Positions 24,995 to 36,389 of a DNA stretch of 64,000 nucleotides are shown in pieces. How positions within the stretch are numbered: the stretch's first letter is position 1; every line of letters begins with the position of its first letter. The notes under the pieces were generated by a model. The model worked only from the letters and a program-made list of their open reading frames with translations. It did not search any database and was not told the origin of the DNA. The position numbers and the translations under genes were made by a program. The stretch is from Pristiophorus japonicus (taxonomy: Eukaryota): NCBI RefSeq assembly GCF_044704955.1, contig NC_091984.1:179180001-179244000 (forward strand), written 5' to 3'.

Positions 24995-25072
24995 TTGCAA
25001 CGTCATTTTGCAATCATTATTTATGCAAATATACTACACGTGGCACCAGGCTATTGGCCCTGTGCTGACTGA
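24995..25072 (-). promoter_or_regulatory. IgL cluster 1 promoter: octamer plus flanking conserved motifs
   Basis: Octamer ATTTGCAT on the gene strand (25023-25030), 123 bp upstream of ATG; GCAACGTCATT, CACGT and TGCTGACTGA are shared with cluster 2. Confidence 0.85.
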
Positions 25073-26409
25073 TATTTACGCAACGCACATACCAGTCAAT
25101 TTTTCAATTTGGGAAACCAAGATAACAAAAATTGAAACAGGACATCAGAATGGCAGAATAAAAATTGTGCTAAACGAGTAATTATTGTTACGTTACGCAT
25201 TCTAGGGTTTATTTGCCTGAAGATTGTAAGCTAGGAGGAAGCTCGAGGAAAATAATGAGTTCCAGATTTCGAAGATCAGTGCAAGCAATGAACTGAAAAT
25301 GGCACTGTCGGATGGGTTTCGATTTCAATAGTCAGAGGATTCAAGGACGAAAAAGAAGTGGTGGATTCGGGCGTAGGAGAAAGAAAATAGGAAAGTTCCG
25401 AGGAGCATTGGCCATATCACTATTAAGATAAGAATGCGTCTCGGGACTGAGAGAAAGGGAGAGAAATTGGGATTAGGAGTAGGCCATTCCGCCCCTCGAG
25501 GCAGCTCTGCCCTTCAATTACAAAATGGCTGATCTATCCCTCAACTCAACTTGCCCAACTCAATTTACCTGCCCTAGGCGGATGCTAGATCTGAATGAAG
25601 GAACAGGCTGCAGCCTTTTTCTTGTACGCAGTCGAGGAGTAGGAATGAGGGGTCAGAATTGCTTCTACACGTGGAAACATGACATAGAATTTCACCAGGA
25701 CTTTGGAATATATGAAATTTTCATCCACACATCGACAACGTTGCTATACATTTTGAGGCTCCGCGGAGGATTTTTTTTTCTGCATTTACTTCCTTTATGC
25801 GTCATTTAGGACCCTCGATATTGACGCCTCGTAGTGAAACATTTTTCGCAGCTGACATCTCTCAATGAATAAAAAAATATACTCCCACCTTGTATGATGT
25901 TAATGCATCCCAGCGAGAATAACTTGTAGTGTATATAACAGTAATTATGGTGGAAGATTTTTCCCGTGCGGTGTGTGTGATGAAATCGGGAGCCAGTTTT
26001 TCCTAAGTAACCGTATACACAGCGCCGAAAGGAAATCTCCCCTCCTCTACCATCACCAATATTATTTCAGCGGGATGAGATCAAAATAATTTAATTTATC
26101 GTGCTTTGCCATGTAGTATCTTTAAAGTGACTTCTCAAAGAAAGTTACACGTTTTCCACAGATAATTGATGACTTAAATTGGCTTTGATCTTACATACTA
26201 ACTGCATAATAACATAAGAAAATGACAAATATAGTGCTGGCCAATTGTTCAAGCAAAATACATTCAGTTTTACTGAGAGGTATGCTAATTCTGCTTAACT
26301 AAATCTATGCTAAGTTTTCTCTCAGTATAATACCGGTGTCCTCACCATGATATTGCTTTGCATCTCAACGTATATTAGCCACAGATTTTAGCAACTCGTT
26401 TGAAGTATG

Positions 26410-26730
26410 TTTTTATTCGTTTCTGGGATGTGGGCGATGCGGCAGCATCTATCGCCCATCCCTAATTGCCCTTGAGAAGGTGGTGGAGAACCGCCTTCTT
26501 GAACCGGTGCAGTTCTTGTGGTGAAGGTACTCCCATGGTGCTGTTAGGGAGGGAGTTCCAGGATTTTGACGCGGTGATATATGCCCAAGTCAGGATGATG
26601 TGTAATTTAGAGGGGAACTTGCAGGCGGTGTTGTTCCCATGCATCTGCTGCCCTTGTCTTTCTAGATGGTAGAGGTCGCCGGTTTGGGAGGTGCTGCTGA
26701 AGAAGCCTTGGCGAGTTGCTGCAGTGCATG
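26410..26730 (-). mobile_element. Shark LINE family B (CR1/L2 group) 3' fragment
   Basis: SKSWNSLPNSTMGVPSPQELHRFKKAVLHHLLKGN; similar to 36390-37320, 51200-53860 and 58940-59990. Confidence 0.7.
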
Positions 26731-27544
26731 ATGCATGATGTTGATATATTTGCAGTTTTTATATTTAATCTAAAATAAAAATTAAGTCCGAAATATTGAT
26801 TCTAAAATTTATCTAAAAGACGAACTTGCAGCCGCTAATGGCCTTTATTGGTCAGCAAAGTATTTTTCTGTGTCACCTACAATATTGCATTGCAGTGCAT
26901 CCTAAATGTATAACTTGCAATACAATAGTAGGGAAAGTTAAAGTTCGAATTATCAGTAGTCCTAATTCTGTTCTCTCTGTACAGAGTGGAAAATATGCAA
27001 AATCATTTCCTCATGTTGAAGATTCTAACATTAAGCGGGTCCTGTTAATCTGTAATTCTTGTTTTTGGCCCTGCCTTCTGATATTGGAAGTATTTGTTTA
27101 TTCTTTGTCAACTACATTTATTTATTCCCTCCCACCCCCCAGTTTTATGAATAACCACATATTTTAAAGCCAACCTACCCAAACAGAAGAGCTAAAGCAC
27201 AGATCACTTAGACCCGAGAACAAGGCCAATTTTCTGGGCAGAGTCTGCATCCGGTGACATTATTTTTAAGCCAGCGTAGAAGGTCTGTTGCAGAAAAAAC
27301 CAGCGCAAGTGGATTGGGTTTAACACATCTGCGTTTCAAATTCCGCAACATTTTGATTCGACCAATTCCAGCCGGAACACACTGATGTAACTAATGTAAA
27401 CAAGCGAAACGCGACCCCAGATTTTTTGTAAGCAATAACTAATCGTAGTCTATCATACAACATAACATAGTAGTAGGGAACATGCTACAGTATATTATAA
27501 AGGATGTGATAACGGTATATTTAGATCATTTCAACGGAATTTTT

Positions 27545-30142
27545 TATTAAGATGGAAAGTGAAGTAGTCCAATCCGAAATTAGGGTCCTAAATCTAAACA
27601 AAGGAAACTACGAAAATATGAGGAATTAATTGGCTATGATAGATTGGGAAGATTCATTAAAAGGCATGACGAAGGATAGGCAATGGCTAATATTTAAGGA
27701 ACGAATGCATGAATTGCAACAGTTACATATTCCTTTCTGGCATATAAACACAAAAGGAAAAGTGGCCCAACCATGGCTAACAAAATAAATTAAGGATAGT
27801 ATTAGATCCAAAAAGGTGTTATACAAATTTGCCAGAAAAAGTAGCAAGCCTGTGGATTGGGAGCAGTTTAGAATTCCGCAAAAAAGGAACAATAGATTGA
27901 TTAAGAGAAGAAAAATAGAGTATGAGAGTAAACTTGCAAGGAACATAAAAACCGACTGCAAAAGTTTCTACAAGTATGTAAAAAGAAAAAGATTAGGGAA
28001 GACAAATGTAGGTCCTTTACAGACAGAAACGGGAGAATATGTAATGGGGCACAAGGAAATGGCAGAACAATTAAGTAAACACTTCGGTTCTGTCTTCACG
28101 GAAGAGGACACTAATAGCGTACCAGAAATGCTAGGGAACCAAGGGTCTAATGAGCAAGAGGAATTAAAGGAAATAATTATTAGTAAGAAAATAGTGCTGG
28201 AGAAACTAATGGGACTGAAGGCAGATAAAATCCCCAGGGCCTGATGATCTGCATCCCACAGTACTAAAAGAGGTAGCCGTGGAAATAGTACATGCATTGG
28301 TTGTCATCTTCCAAAATTCGACAGATTATGCAACAGTTCCTGCAGATTAGAGGGTGGCAAATGTAACCCCACTATTTAAAAAAGAGGGAGAGAAAAAACA
28401 GAGAACTACAGACTGGTTAGCCTAACATCAGTAGTAGGGAAAATGCTAGAGGCTGCTATAAAGGAAGTGATGATGAAAAACTTAGATAATATCAACGGGA
28501 TTAAACAAAGTCAACATGGATTTATGAAAGGAAAATCATGTTTGACAAACCTATTGGAGTTTTTTGAGGATGTAACTGATAGAATAGATAAGGGAGAACC
28601 AGTGAATGTAATGTATTTGGATTTTCAGAAGGCCTTTGATAAAGTCCCACAAAAGAGGTTAGTGTGCAAAATTAAAACACATAGGATTGGGGGTACTGTA
28701 TTGGCATGAATTGCAATTTGGTTAACTGACAGGAAACAGAGAGTAGGAATAAACGGGTCTTTTGCAGGGTGGTGGGCAGTGACTAGTGAGGTACCACATG
28801 GATCAGTGCTCGGACCCCAGCTATTCACAATATATATAAATGATTTGTATGAGGGAACCAAATGTAATATTTCCAAGTTTGCTGACGACACAAAGCTAGG
28901 TGGGATTGTGAGTTGTGGGGAGAATGCAAAGAAGCCCACCCCAGGAGTGGCAGCATGGGCCAGCCCACACTGCGATATATGGATAGTAGGAGCATGCTTG
29001 CGCACTAGGTATATGCAGCAGAGCTTTGTCTCCAGTCGTCATGATTAACCCTTGCCACTGGATCAAGACCTAGCTCAGTCAAGCCCGTGTAGTGGCTGGT
29101 GTGCAACGGCCACCCCGCCTTAAAAGAATCCATGCACAGGCATCTTCCAACCTTTAGTATGTAGTTCTGGACCTAGATTGTCAGGTCACTCATTGAAACA
29201 CTTCTGAACTCATCCCGTTTTGGTGTGGAAGCAATCATCCTCGATATGAGGGACTGCTTAATAATATACTAGCATTTTTGAGCCTTTGAGCTTTTGAGCA
29301 AAGACGCTGCAAGACGATTTAGATAGGTTGAGTGAGTGGGCAAATACGTGGCAGATGCAGTATAACGTGGATAAATGTGAAGTTATCCACCTTGGTAGAA
29401 AAAACATAAGGACAATGTATTATTTAATTGGTGATGGCTTGGGAAATGTCGTTGTATAGAGGGACCTGGGTGTCCTTGTACACCAGTCATTGAAAGCAAA
29501 CATGCAGGTGCAGCAAGCAGTTAGGAAGGCAAATGGTTTGTTGGCCTTCATTGCAAGAGGATTTGAGTACAGGAGCAAGGATGTCTTACCACAGTTATGT
29601 AGGGCCTTGGTGATACTGCACCGCGAGTATTGTTGCAGTTTTGGTCTCCTTACCTCAGAAAGGATATATGTGCCATGGAGGGAATGCAGTGAACGTTTTG
29701 CAGATTGATTCCTGGGATGGCAGGAGCAGATATTGGGTCGATTAGGCCTGTATTCACCAGAGGTTAGAAGAATGAGAGGGGATCTCATTGAAACATATAA
29801 AATTCTGACTAGGTTGGATAGACTGGATGCAGGGACGATGTTTCCCCTGGCTGGGAAATCCAGAACAAGGGGTCAGAGTCAAGGGGTAGGAAATTTAGGA
29901 CCGAGATGCGGATAAATTGTGGTGGCATTCTCTACCACAGAAAGCTGCGGAGGCCAAGTCACTGAATATATTTAAGAGGGAGATAGATAGATTTCTAGAA
30001 ACAAAAGACATCAAGGGGTATGGGGGAAGAGCGGGAATATATTGTTGAGTTCAAGGATCAGCCATGATCATGTTGAATGGCGGTGCAGACTCGAAGGGCT
30101 GAATGGCCTATTACTGCTCCTATTTTCCATGTCTATGTTTCT
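27545..30142 (+). mobile_element. CR1 LINE ORF2 to 3' end, interrupted by a short insertion
   Basis: ORFs 27816-28244, 28443-28709, 28779-, 29490- and 29733- carry CR1 RT motifs; tail at ~30120-30142. Confidence 0.9.
28936..29297 (+). mobile_element. Short non-autonomous RTE-tailed retroelement
   Basis: 3' end catcctcgatatgagggactgctta matches the RTE tail at 2885-2910; flanked by the near-identical direct repeat gcaaagaagc / gcaaagacgc (probable TSD). Confidence 0.7.
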
Positions 30143-30179
30143 AAGCGACAGCAGAATGGCAGAGGAACTCTGTAATTAG

Positions 30180-33100
30180 CAAATAGCAACTGGGGGAAGT
30201 GGGACCTGTACAAAAGGGACGGTCTGCACTTGGGCAGGACTGGAACTGATGTCCTAGGGGTAACATTTGCTAATGCAGTTCGGGAGTGCTTAAACTAATA
30301 GGGCAGGGGGATGGGAACCTATGCAGTGAGACATGGTGAAGTAATATGGAGTCAGAAACAGATGGTAGAAAGGTAAAAAGCAATAGTGGAAGGCCGAGTA
30401 AACAAAGACAAGAAACAAAAAGGGCCACACTACATCATAATTCTAAAAGGACAAAGGGTGTTAAAAAAACAAGCCTGAAGGCTTTGTGTCTTAATGCAAG
30501 GAGTATCCGTAATGAGGTGGATGAATTAACTGTGCAAATCGATGTTAACAGATATGATGTGATTGGGATTACAGAGACGTGGCTCCATGATGATCAAGGC
30601 TGGGAACTCAACATCCAAGGGTATTCAACATTCAGGAAGGATGGAATAAAAGGAAAAGGATGGTGGGGGGGGGGGGGGGAGGGGGGGAAGGTAGCATTGC
30701 TGGTTAAACAGGAGATTAATGCAATAGTTAGGAAGGACATTAGCTTGGATGATGGATAGAGCTGCAGAACACCACAGGGCAAAAAACGTTAGTGGGAGTT
30801 GTGTACAGACCTCCAAACAATAGTAGTGATGTTGGGGAGGGCATCAAACAGGAAATTAGGGGTGCATACAATAAAGGTGCAGCAGTTATCATGGGTGACT
30901 TTAATATGCATATAGATTGGGCTAACCAAACTGGAAGCAATACGGTGGAGGAAGATTTCCTGGAGTGCATAAGGGATTGTTTTTTGGACCAATATGTCGA
31001 GAAACCAACTGGGGGGAGGCCATCTTAGACTGGGTGTTGTGTAATGAGAGAGGATTAATTAGCAATCTCGTTGTGCGAGGCCCCTTGGGGAAGAGTGATC
31101 ATAATATGGTGGAATTCTACATTAGGATGGAGAATGAAACAGTTAATTCAGAGACCATGGTCCAGAACTTAAAGAAGGGTAACTTTGAAGGTATGAGGCG
31201 TGAATTGGCTAGGCTAGATTGGCGAATGATACTTAAGGGGTTGACAGTGGATGGCAGACATTTAGAGACTGCGTGGATGAACTACAACAATTGTACATCC
31301 CTGTCTGGAGTAAGAATAAAAAAGGGAAGGTGGCTCAACCGTGGCTATCAAGGGAAATCAGGGATAGTATTAAAGCCAAGGAAGTGGGATACAAATTGGC
31401 CAAAAATAGCAGCGAACCCGGGGTCTGGGAGAAATTTAGAACTCAGCAGAGGAGGACAATGGGTTTGATTAGGGCAGGGAAAATAGAGTACGACAAGAAG
31501 CTTGCAGGGAACATTAAAACGGACTGCAAAAGCGTCTATAGATATGTAAAGAGAAAAAGGTTAGTAAAGACAAACGTAGGTCCCCTGCAGTCAGAATCAG
31601 GGGAAGTCATAACGGGGAACAAAGAAATGGCAGACCAATTGAACAAGCACTTTAGTTCGGTATTCACTAAGGAGGACACAAACAACCTTCGGGATATAAA
31701 AGGGGTCAGAGGGTCTAATAAGAAGGAGGAACTGAGGGAAATCCTTATTAGTCAGGACATTGTGTTGGGCAAATTGATGGGATTGAAGGCCAATAAATCC
31801 CCAGGGCCTGATGGTCTGCATCCCAGAGTAGTTAATGAGGTGGCCTTGGAAATAGCGGATGCATTGACAGTCATTATCCAACATTCCATAGACTCTGGAT
31901 CAGTTCCTATGAAGTGGAGGTTAGCCAATGTAACCCCACTTTTAAAAAAAGGAGGGAGAGAGAAAACAGGGAATTATAGACCGGTCAGCCTGACATCGGT
32001 AGTGGGTAAAATGATGGAATCAATTATTAAGGATGTCATAGCAGCGCATTTGGAAAGAGGAGATATGATAGGTCCAAGTCATCATGGATTTGTGAAAGGG
32101 AAATCATGCTTGACAAATCTTCTGGAATTTTTTGAGGATGTTTCCAGTGGAGTGGACAAGGGAGAACTAGTTGATGTGGTGTATTTGGATTTTAGAAGGC
32201 TTTCGACAAGGTCCCACACAAGAGATTAATGTGCAAAGTTAAAGCACATGGGATTGGGGGTAGTGTGCTGACGTGGTTTGAGAACCGGTTGGCAGACAGG
32301 AAGCAAAGAGAAGGAGTAAATGGGTACTTTTCACAATGGCAGGCAGTAACTAGTGGGGTACCGCAAGGTTCAGTGCTGGGACCCCAGTTGTTTACATTGT
32401 ACATTCATGATTTAGACGAGGGGATTAAATGTAGTATATCCAAATTTGCGGATGACACTAAGTTGGGTGGCAGTGTGAGCTCCGAGGAGGATGCTATGAG
32501 GCTGCAGAGTGAATTGGATAGGTGAGGTGAGTGGGCAAATGCATGGCAGATGAAGTATAATGTGGATAAATGTGAGGTTATCCACTTTGGTGGTAAAAAC
32601 AGAGAGACAGACTATTATCTGAATGGTGACAGATTAGGAAAAGGGGAGGTGCAACGAGACCTGGGTGTCATGGTACATCAGTCATTGAAGGTTGGCATGC
32701 AGGTACAGCAGGTGGTTAAGAAAGCAAATGGCATGTTGGCCTTCATAGCAAGGGGATTTGAGTACAGGGGCAGGGAGGTGTTGCTACAGTTGTACAGGGC
32801 CTTGGTGAGGCCACACCTGGAGTATTGTGTACAGTTTTGGTCTCCTAACCTGAGGAAGGACATTCTTGCTATTGAGGGAGTGCAGCGAAGGTTCACCGGG
32901 ATGGCGGGACTGACCTATCAAGAAAGACTGGATCAACTTGGCTTGTATTCACTGGAGTTCAGAAGAATGAGTGGGGACCTCATAGAAACGTTTAAAATTC
33001 TGATGGGTTTAGACAGGTTAGATGCAGGAAGAATGTTCCCAATGTTGGGGAAGTCCAGAACCAGGGGTCACAGTCTAAGGATAAGGGACAAGCCATTTCG

Positions 33101-33370
33101 GACCGAGATGAGGAGAAACTTCTTCACCCAGACAGTGGTGAACCTGTGGAATTCTCTACCACAGAAAGTTGTTGAGGCCAATTCACTAAATATATTCAAA
33201 AAGGAGTTCGATGTAGTCCTTACTACTAGGGGGATCAATGGGTATGACGAGAAAGCAAGAATGGGTTACTGAAGTTGCATGTTCAGCCATGAACACATTG
33301 AATGGCGGTGCAGGCTCGAAGGGCTAAATGGCCTACTCCTGCACCTATTTTCTATGTTTCTATGTTTCTA
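30180..33370 (+). mobile_element. Relatively young CR1 LINE, nearly complete ORF2 (APE + RT) with frameshifts
   Basis: Consecutive ORFs 30346-33272 (LNARSIRN..GITETW..GDFN..SDH..YRPVSLTS..QGSVLGP..FADDTK); tail (TTTCTATG)n. Confidence 0.95.
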
Positions 33371-34028
33371 TGAAAGCAAATGACATGTTGGCCTTCATAG
33401 CGAGGGGATTTGAGTTCAGGGGCAGGGAGCTGTTACTACAGTTGTACAGAGCCTTGGTGAGGCCACACCTGGAGTATTGTGTACAGTGTTGCTCTCCTAA
33501 CTTGAGGAAGGACATTCTTGCTATTGAGGGAGTGCAGCGAAGATTCACCAGAGTGATTCCCGGGATGGCGGGACTGACATATCAAGAAAGAGTGGATCAA
33601 CTGGGCTTGTATTCACTGGAGTTCAGAAGAATGAGAGGGGATCTCATAGAAAAGTTTAAAATATTTACGGGTTTAGACAGGTTAGATGCAGGACGAATGT
33701 TCCCAATGTTGGGGAAGTCCAGAACCAGGGGTCACAGTCTAAGGATAAGAGGTAAGCCATTTAGGACCGAGATGAGGAGATACTTCTTCACCCAGAGAGT
33801 GGTGAACCTGTGGAATTCTCTACCACAGAAAGTTGTTGAGGCCAATTTACTAAATATATTCAAAAAGGTGTTAGATGTAGTCCTTACTACTAGGGGGATC
33901 AAGGGATATGGCGAGAAAGCAGGAATGGGGTACTGAAGTTGCATGTTCAGCCATGAACTCATTGAATGGCAGTGCAAGCTCGAAGGGCCGAATGGTCTAC
34001 TCCTGCACCTATTTTCTATGTTTCTATA
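33371..34028 (+). mobile_element. Second, tandem CR1 3' end of the same subfamily
   Basis: Repeats ~32719-33360 directly after the first tail. Confidence 0.9.
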
Positions 34029-34061
34029 TCAGCCCTTCAGTACTGCACTGAAATGTCAGAA

Positions 34062-34510
34062 AAAGAAAGACTTGCATTTATGTCGTACTTTTTACGAGAA
34101 CCGAATGTTTAATGAAGTACTTTTTGAATTGTAGTCACTGTTGTGATGTGGGAAACACGGCAGCCAATTTGCGGACAGCAAACTCCCACAAACAGCAATG
34201 TGACAATGGCCAAATAATCTGTTTCTGTGATGTTGATTGAGTGATAAATATTGGCCAAGACACTGGGGATAACTCCCCTGCTCTTCTTCAAAATATTGCC
34301 AATAGGATATTTTACATCCACTTGAGAGAACAGATGGAGCCTCGAGTTATCGACTCATTCAAAAGATGGCACCTCCGATAGTAGTGCAGTTCGTAGTCCT
34401 ACTCAAGTGCCAGCCTAGATTTTTGTGCTCGAGTCTCTGGAGTGGAACTTGAATCCACAACGTTCTGATTTTGAGGCGAAGGTGCTACCAACTGAGCCAC
34501 AACTGACACT
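34062..34510 (-). mobile_element. Near full-length tRNA-derived DeuSINE/SacSINE1-like SINE
   Basis: Head gtgtcagttgtggctcagttggtagcac with A box (TGGCTCAGTTGG) and B-box-like GGATTCAAGTTCC, central domain, 3' end aaatgcaagtctttcttt. Confidence 0.8.
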
Positions 34511-34577
34511 TGAAATTACGTGTTGCCGAGAGTTTATGGTGCTTTGCATGTACTTCAAAGGCTCAAAGGCTATTTAA

Positions 34578-35266
34578 GGAGTAGAAATTGCGTAGCGACC
34601 CGTTTGGGGCGTTAACTTTTGCGATAGACCAAAAGTATCGCCGGGCGCTGTCTCCGACATGAAATTCCGGTTTAGCGCTGCAGGAAGGAAGTGGGGCACT
34701 AAATCAAGCGCTACCACTTCCCTTGTTGGGCAAATGCTGCCAAGAGGGGCAATGGCGGGCCAACGCTGCCCAATGTTGAGGGTAGCATTGCCAGGAATGG
34801 AGGCTCCTTTGTTCCCTGAAACGGAAGCGCCATTGCTGCAGGCTCTGCAAGAAATCGATCGTCTCATTGCCGACGGCAGTGTCGATCGATTGCGGCCGAA
34901 AACAATACTGAAAAATTGATGTAAGAGATTCAAAAACATATTTTATTTTTGGCACAACCATCATCAGCTTTAAATACTGTTCCCCAATAGGCCCGCCTCC
35001 CGAACAACGTTTCCTGCAGCTGTCGGTGTTGACGCCTGGCCATTCTGCAGGGGTTAGAACCGAAGGTCACGTCCGGCGCACAATCGGTGATTTGCGCAGC
35101 ATGATGAGGACATGATCTCCGGGTGCAGTGGTGCGCTATGGGGTACTGCCGGTGCAGACCTCCACGTGAATTTCGCGGGCGTCGGTACTCCTGCTGCGCC
35201 TAGGCTCAGAGACTTTGGAACACCGTTATCGCCCCCAGAAGCGCAAAGGGGACCAATTCCTAGTCC
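34578..35266. mobile_element. Harbinger/Tourist-like MITE
   Basis: Imperfect TIRs GGAGTAGAAATTG / CAATTCCTAGTCC with TAA on both flanks (34575-34577, 35267-35269). Confidence 0.65.
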
Positions 35267-36389
35267 TAAGTCTTCAAGCTGAGAGAGAGGAAAAGAAAGC
35301 GAAGGATGCAGATAGACGTAAGAATCAAGGTTGCCCTGGACGAAAATGAATCGCTGCCCCACCCACCCCTATCCCCTTGAAAGTTCTTGTATCCTTTTCT
35401 TAGGAAGACTTATCCTACGTTTTCTGTCCTATCATTGTGCGATCTGTATTATCCATTTCCGTTATAAATAACCGCTTTTAAACAGGCTGCTGGTGTTACT
35501 TTCTGATAAAAATTGACCGCTTGTCGAATGGCTTGGAGGAGAATCTGGACGTGGTCATGTTTGCATAGCATTGTTGTTTTGTTCCACTTGGAGTACAAGT
35601 TGCAAGGAGGAAAAGTGCTATCAAATTAGCTGCGGTAATTTGCTGCAGTTCATTCGGTAGCTCCTACATATTGCTGCAACAGTGCGACAATGATGAGATA
35701 GATATTTGTTTCAATGGCAGGAGCTTTGATCGAGCGTACCGTTTTCTTTTAATTGGTGTTGAAGTACTTGAGTGTTGTTGGGCCTGCACCCATCCAGACG
35801 AGTGTTGAAGATTCTAACGTACTGTTCACTTGACTCCATAAATGGTCGAGAGGCCTTCTGGAGGCATGAGGCGTGCCACTCGTCAGAGAAAACCTAACCT
35901 CCACCTTGCTCTTGTAACTACGGGAATACTGTGCTGGATCATTGCACTCTTCGATGCAACGACTGCTGCTTGTTAGAGGTGGGTGGTTCGCTCATGAGAG
36001 TCTTTATCTGTCTATTATTTAAATGACAAAAATGTGCACCCGGATTGAACAGAAAACTCCCGTACCCTGGTTGACATCGTTTTAAAGCGTTCAATTTTGC
36101 TCTATTTATTAGTTATTTATCGACACAATTTGCAGTTCAGGTTAAATATACTCCACAGCAACACTGCTGGTCAGATGAGCCATATCTCCTTCAATGTGAC
36201 TGCAATGCCACAGTCTTGAAACCAAATTATTCGGAGTCCCAGTCCTGATGTGGAATACAGCTAAATCAATTAAAATAAAATCTAACGCCGGCATTATCCA
36301 GTTATCTTAGGTGGGGAGGCAATAAATGTCTGCAGCTAGGAATAGTGATTGAGGCAAACTCTCAAGGTTAATGTTTCTTTTGTTTATTT

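Noticed and set aside
30346-33936. Long RT/endonuclease ORFs as host genes or a retron/DGR-like system
   Set aside because: Ordinary CR1 ORF2 pieces broken by frameshifts and ending in CR1 microsatellite tails.
34460-34510. tRNA-like sequence with A/B boxes
   Set aside because: It is the head of a SINE; I could not build a complete cloverleaf.
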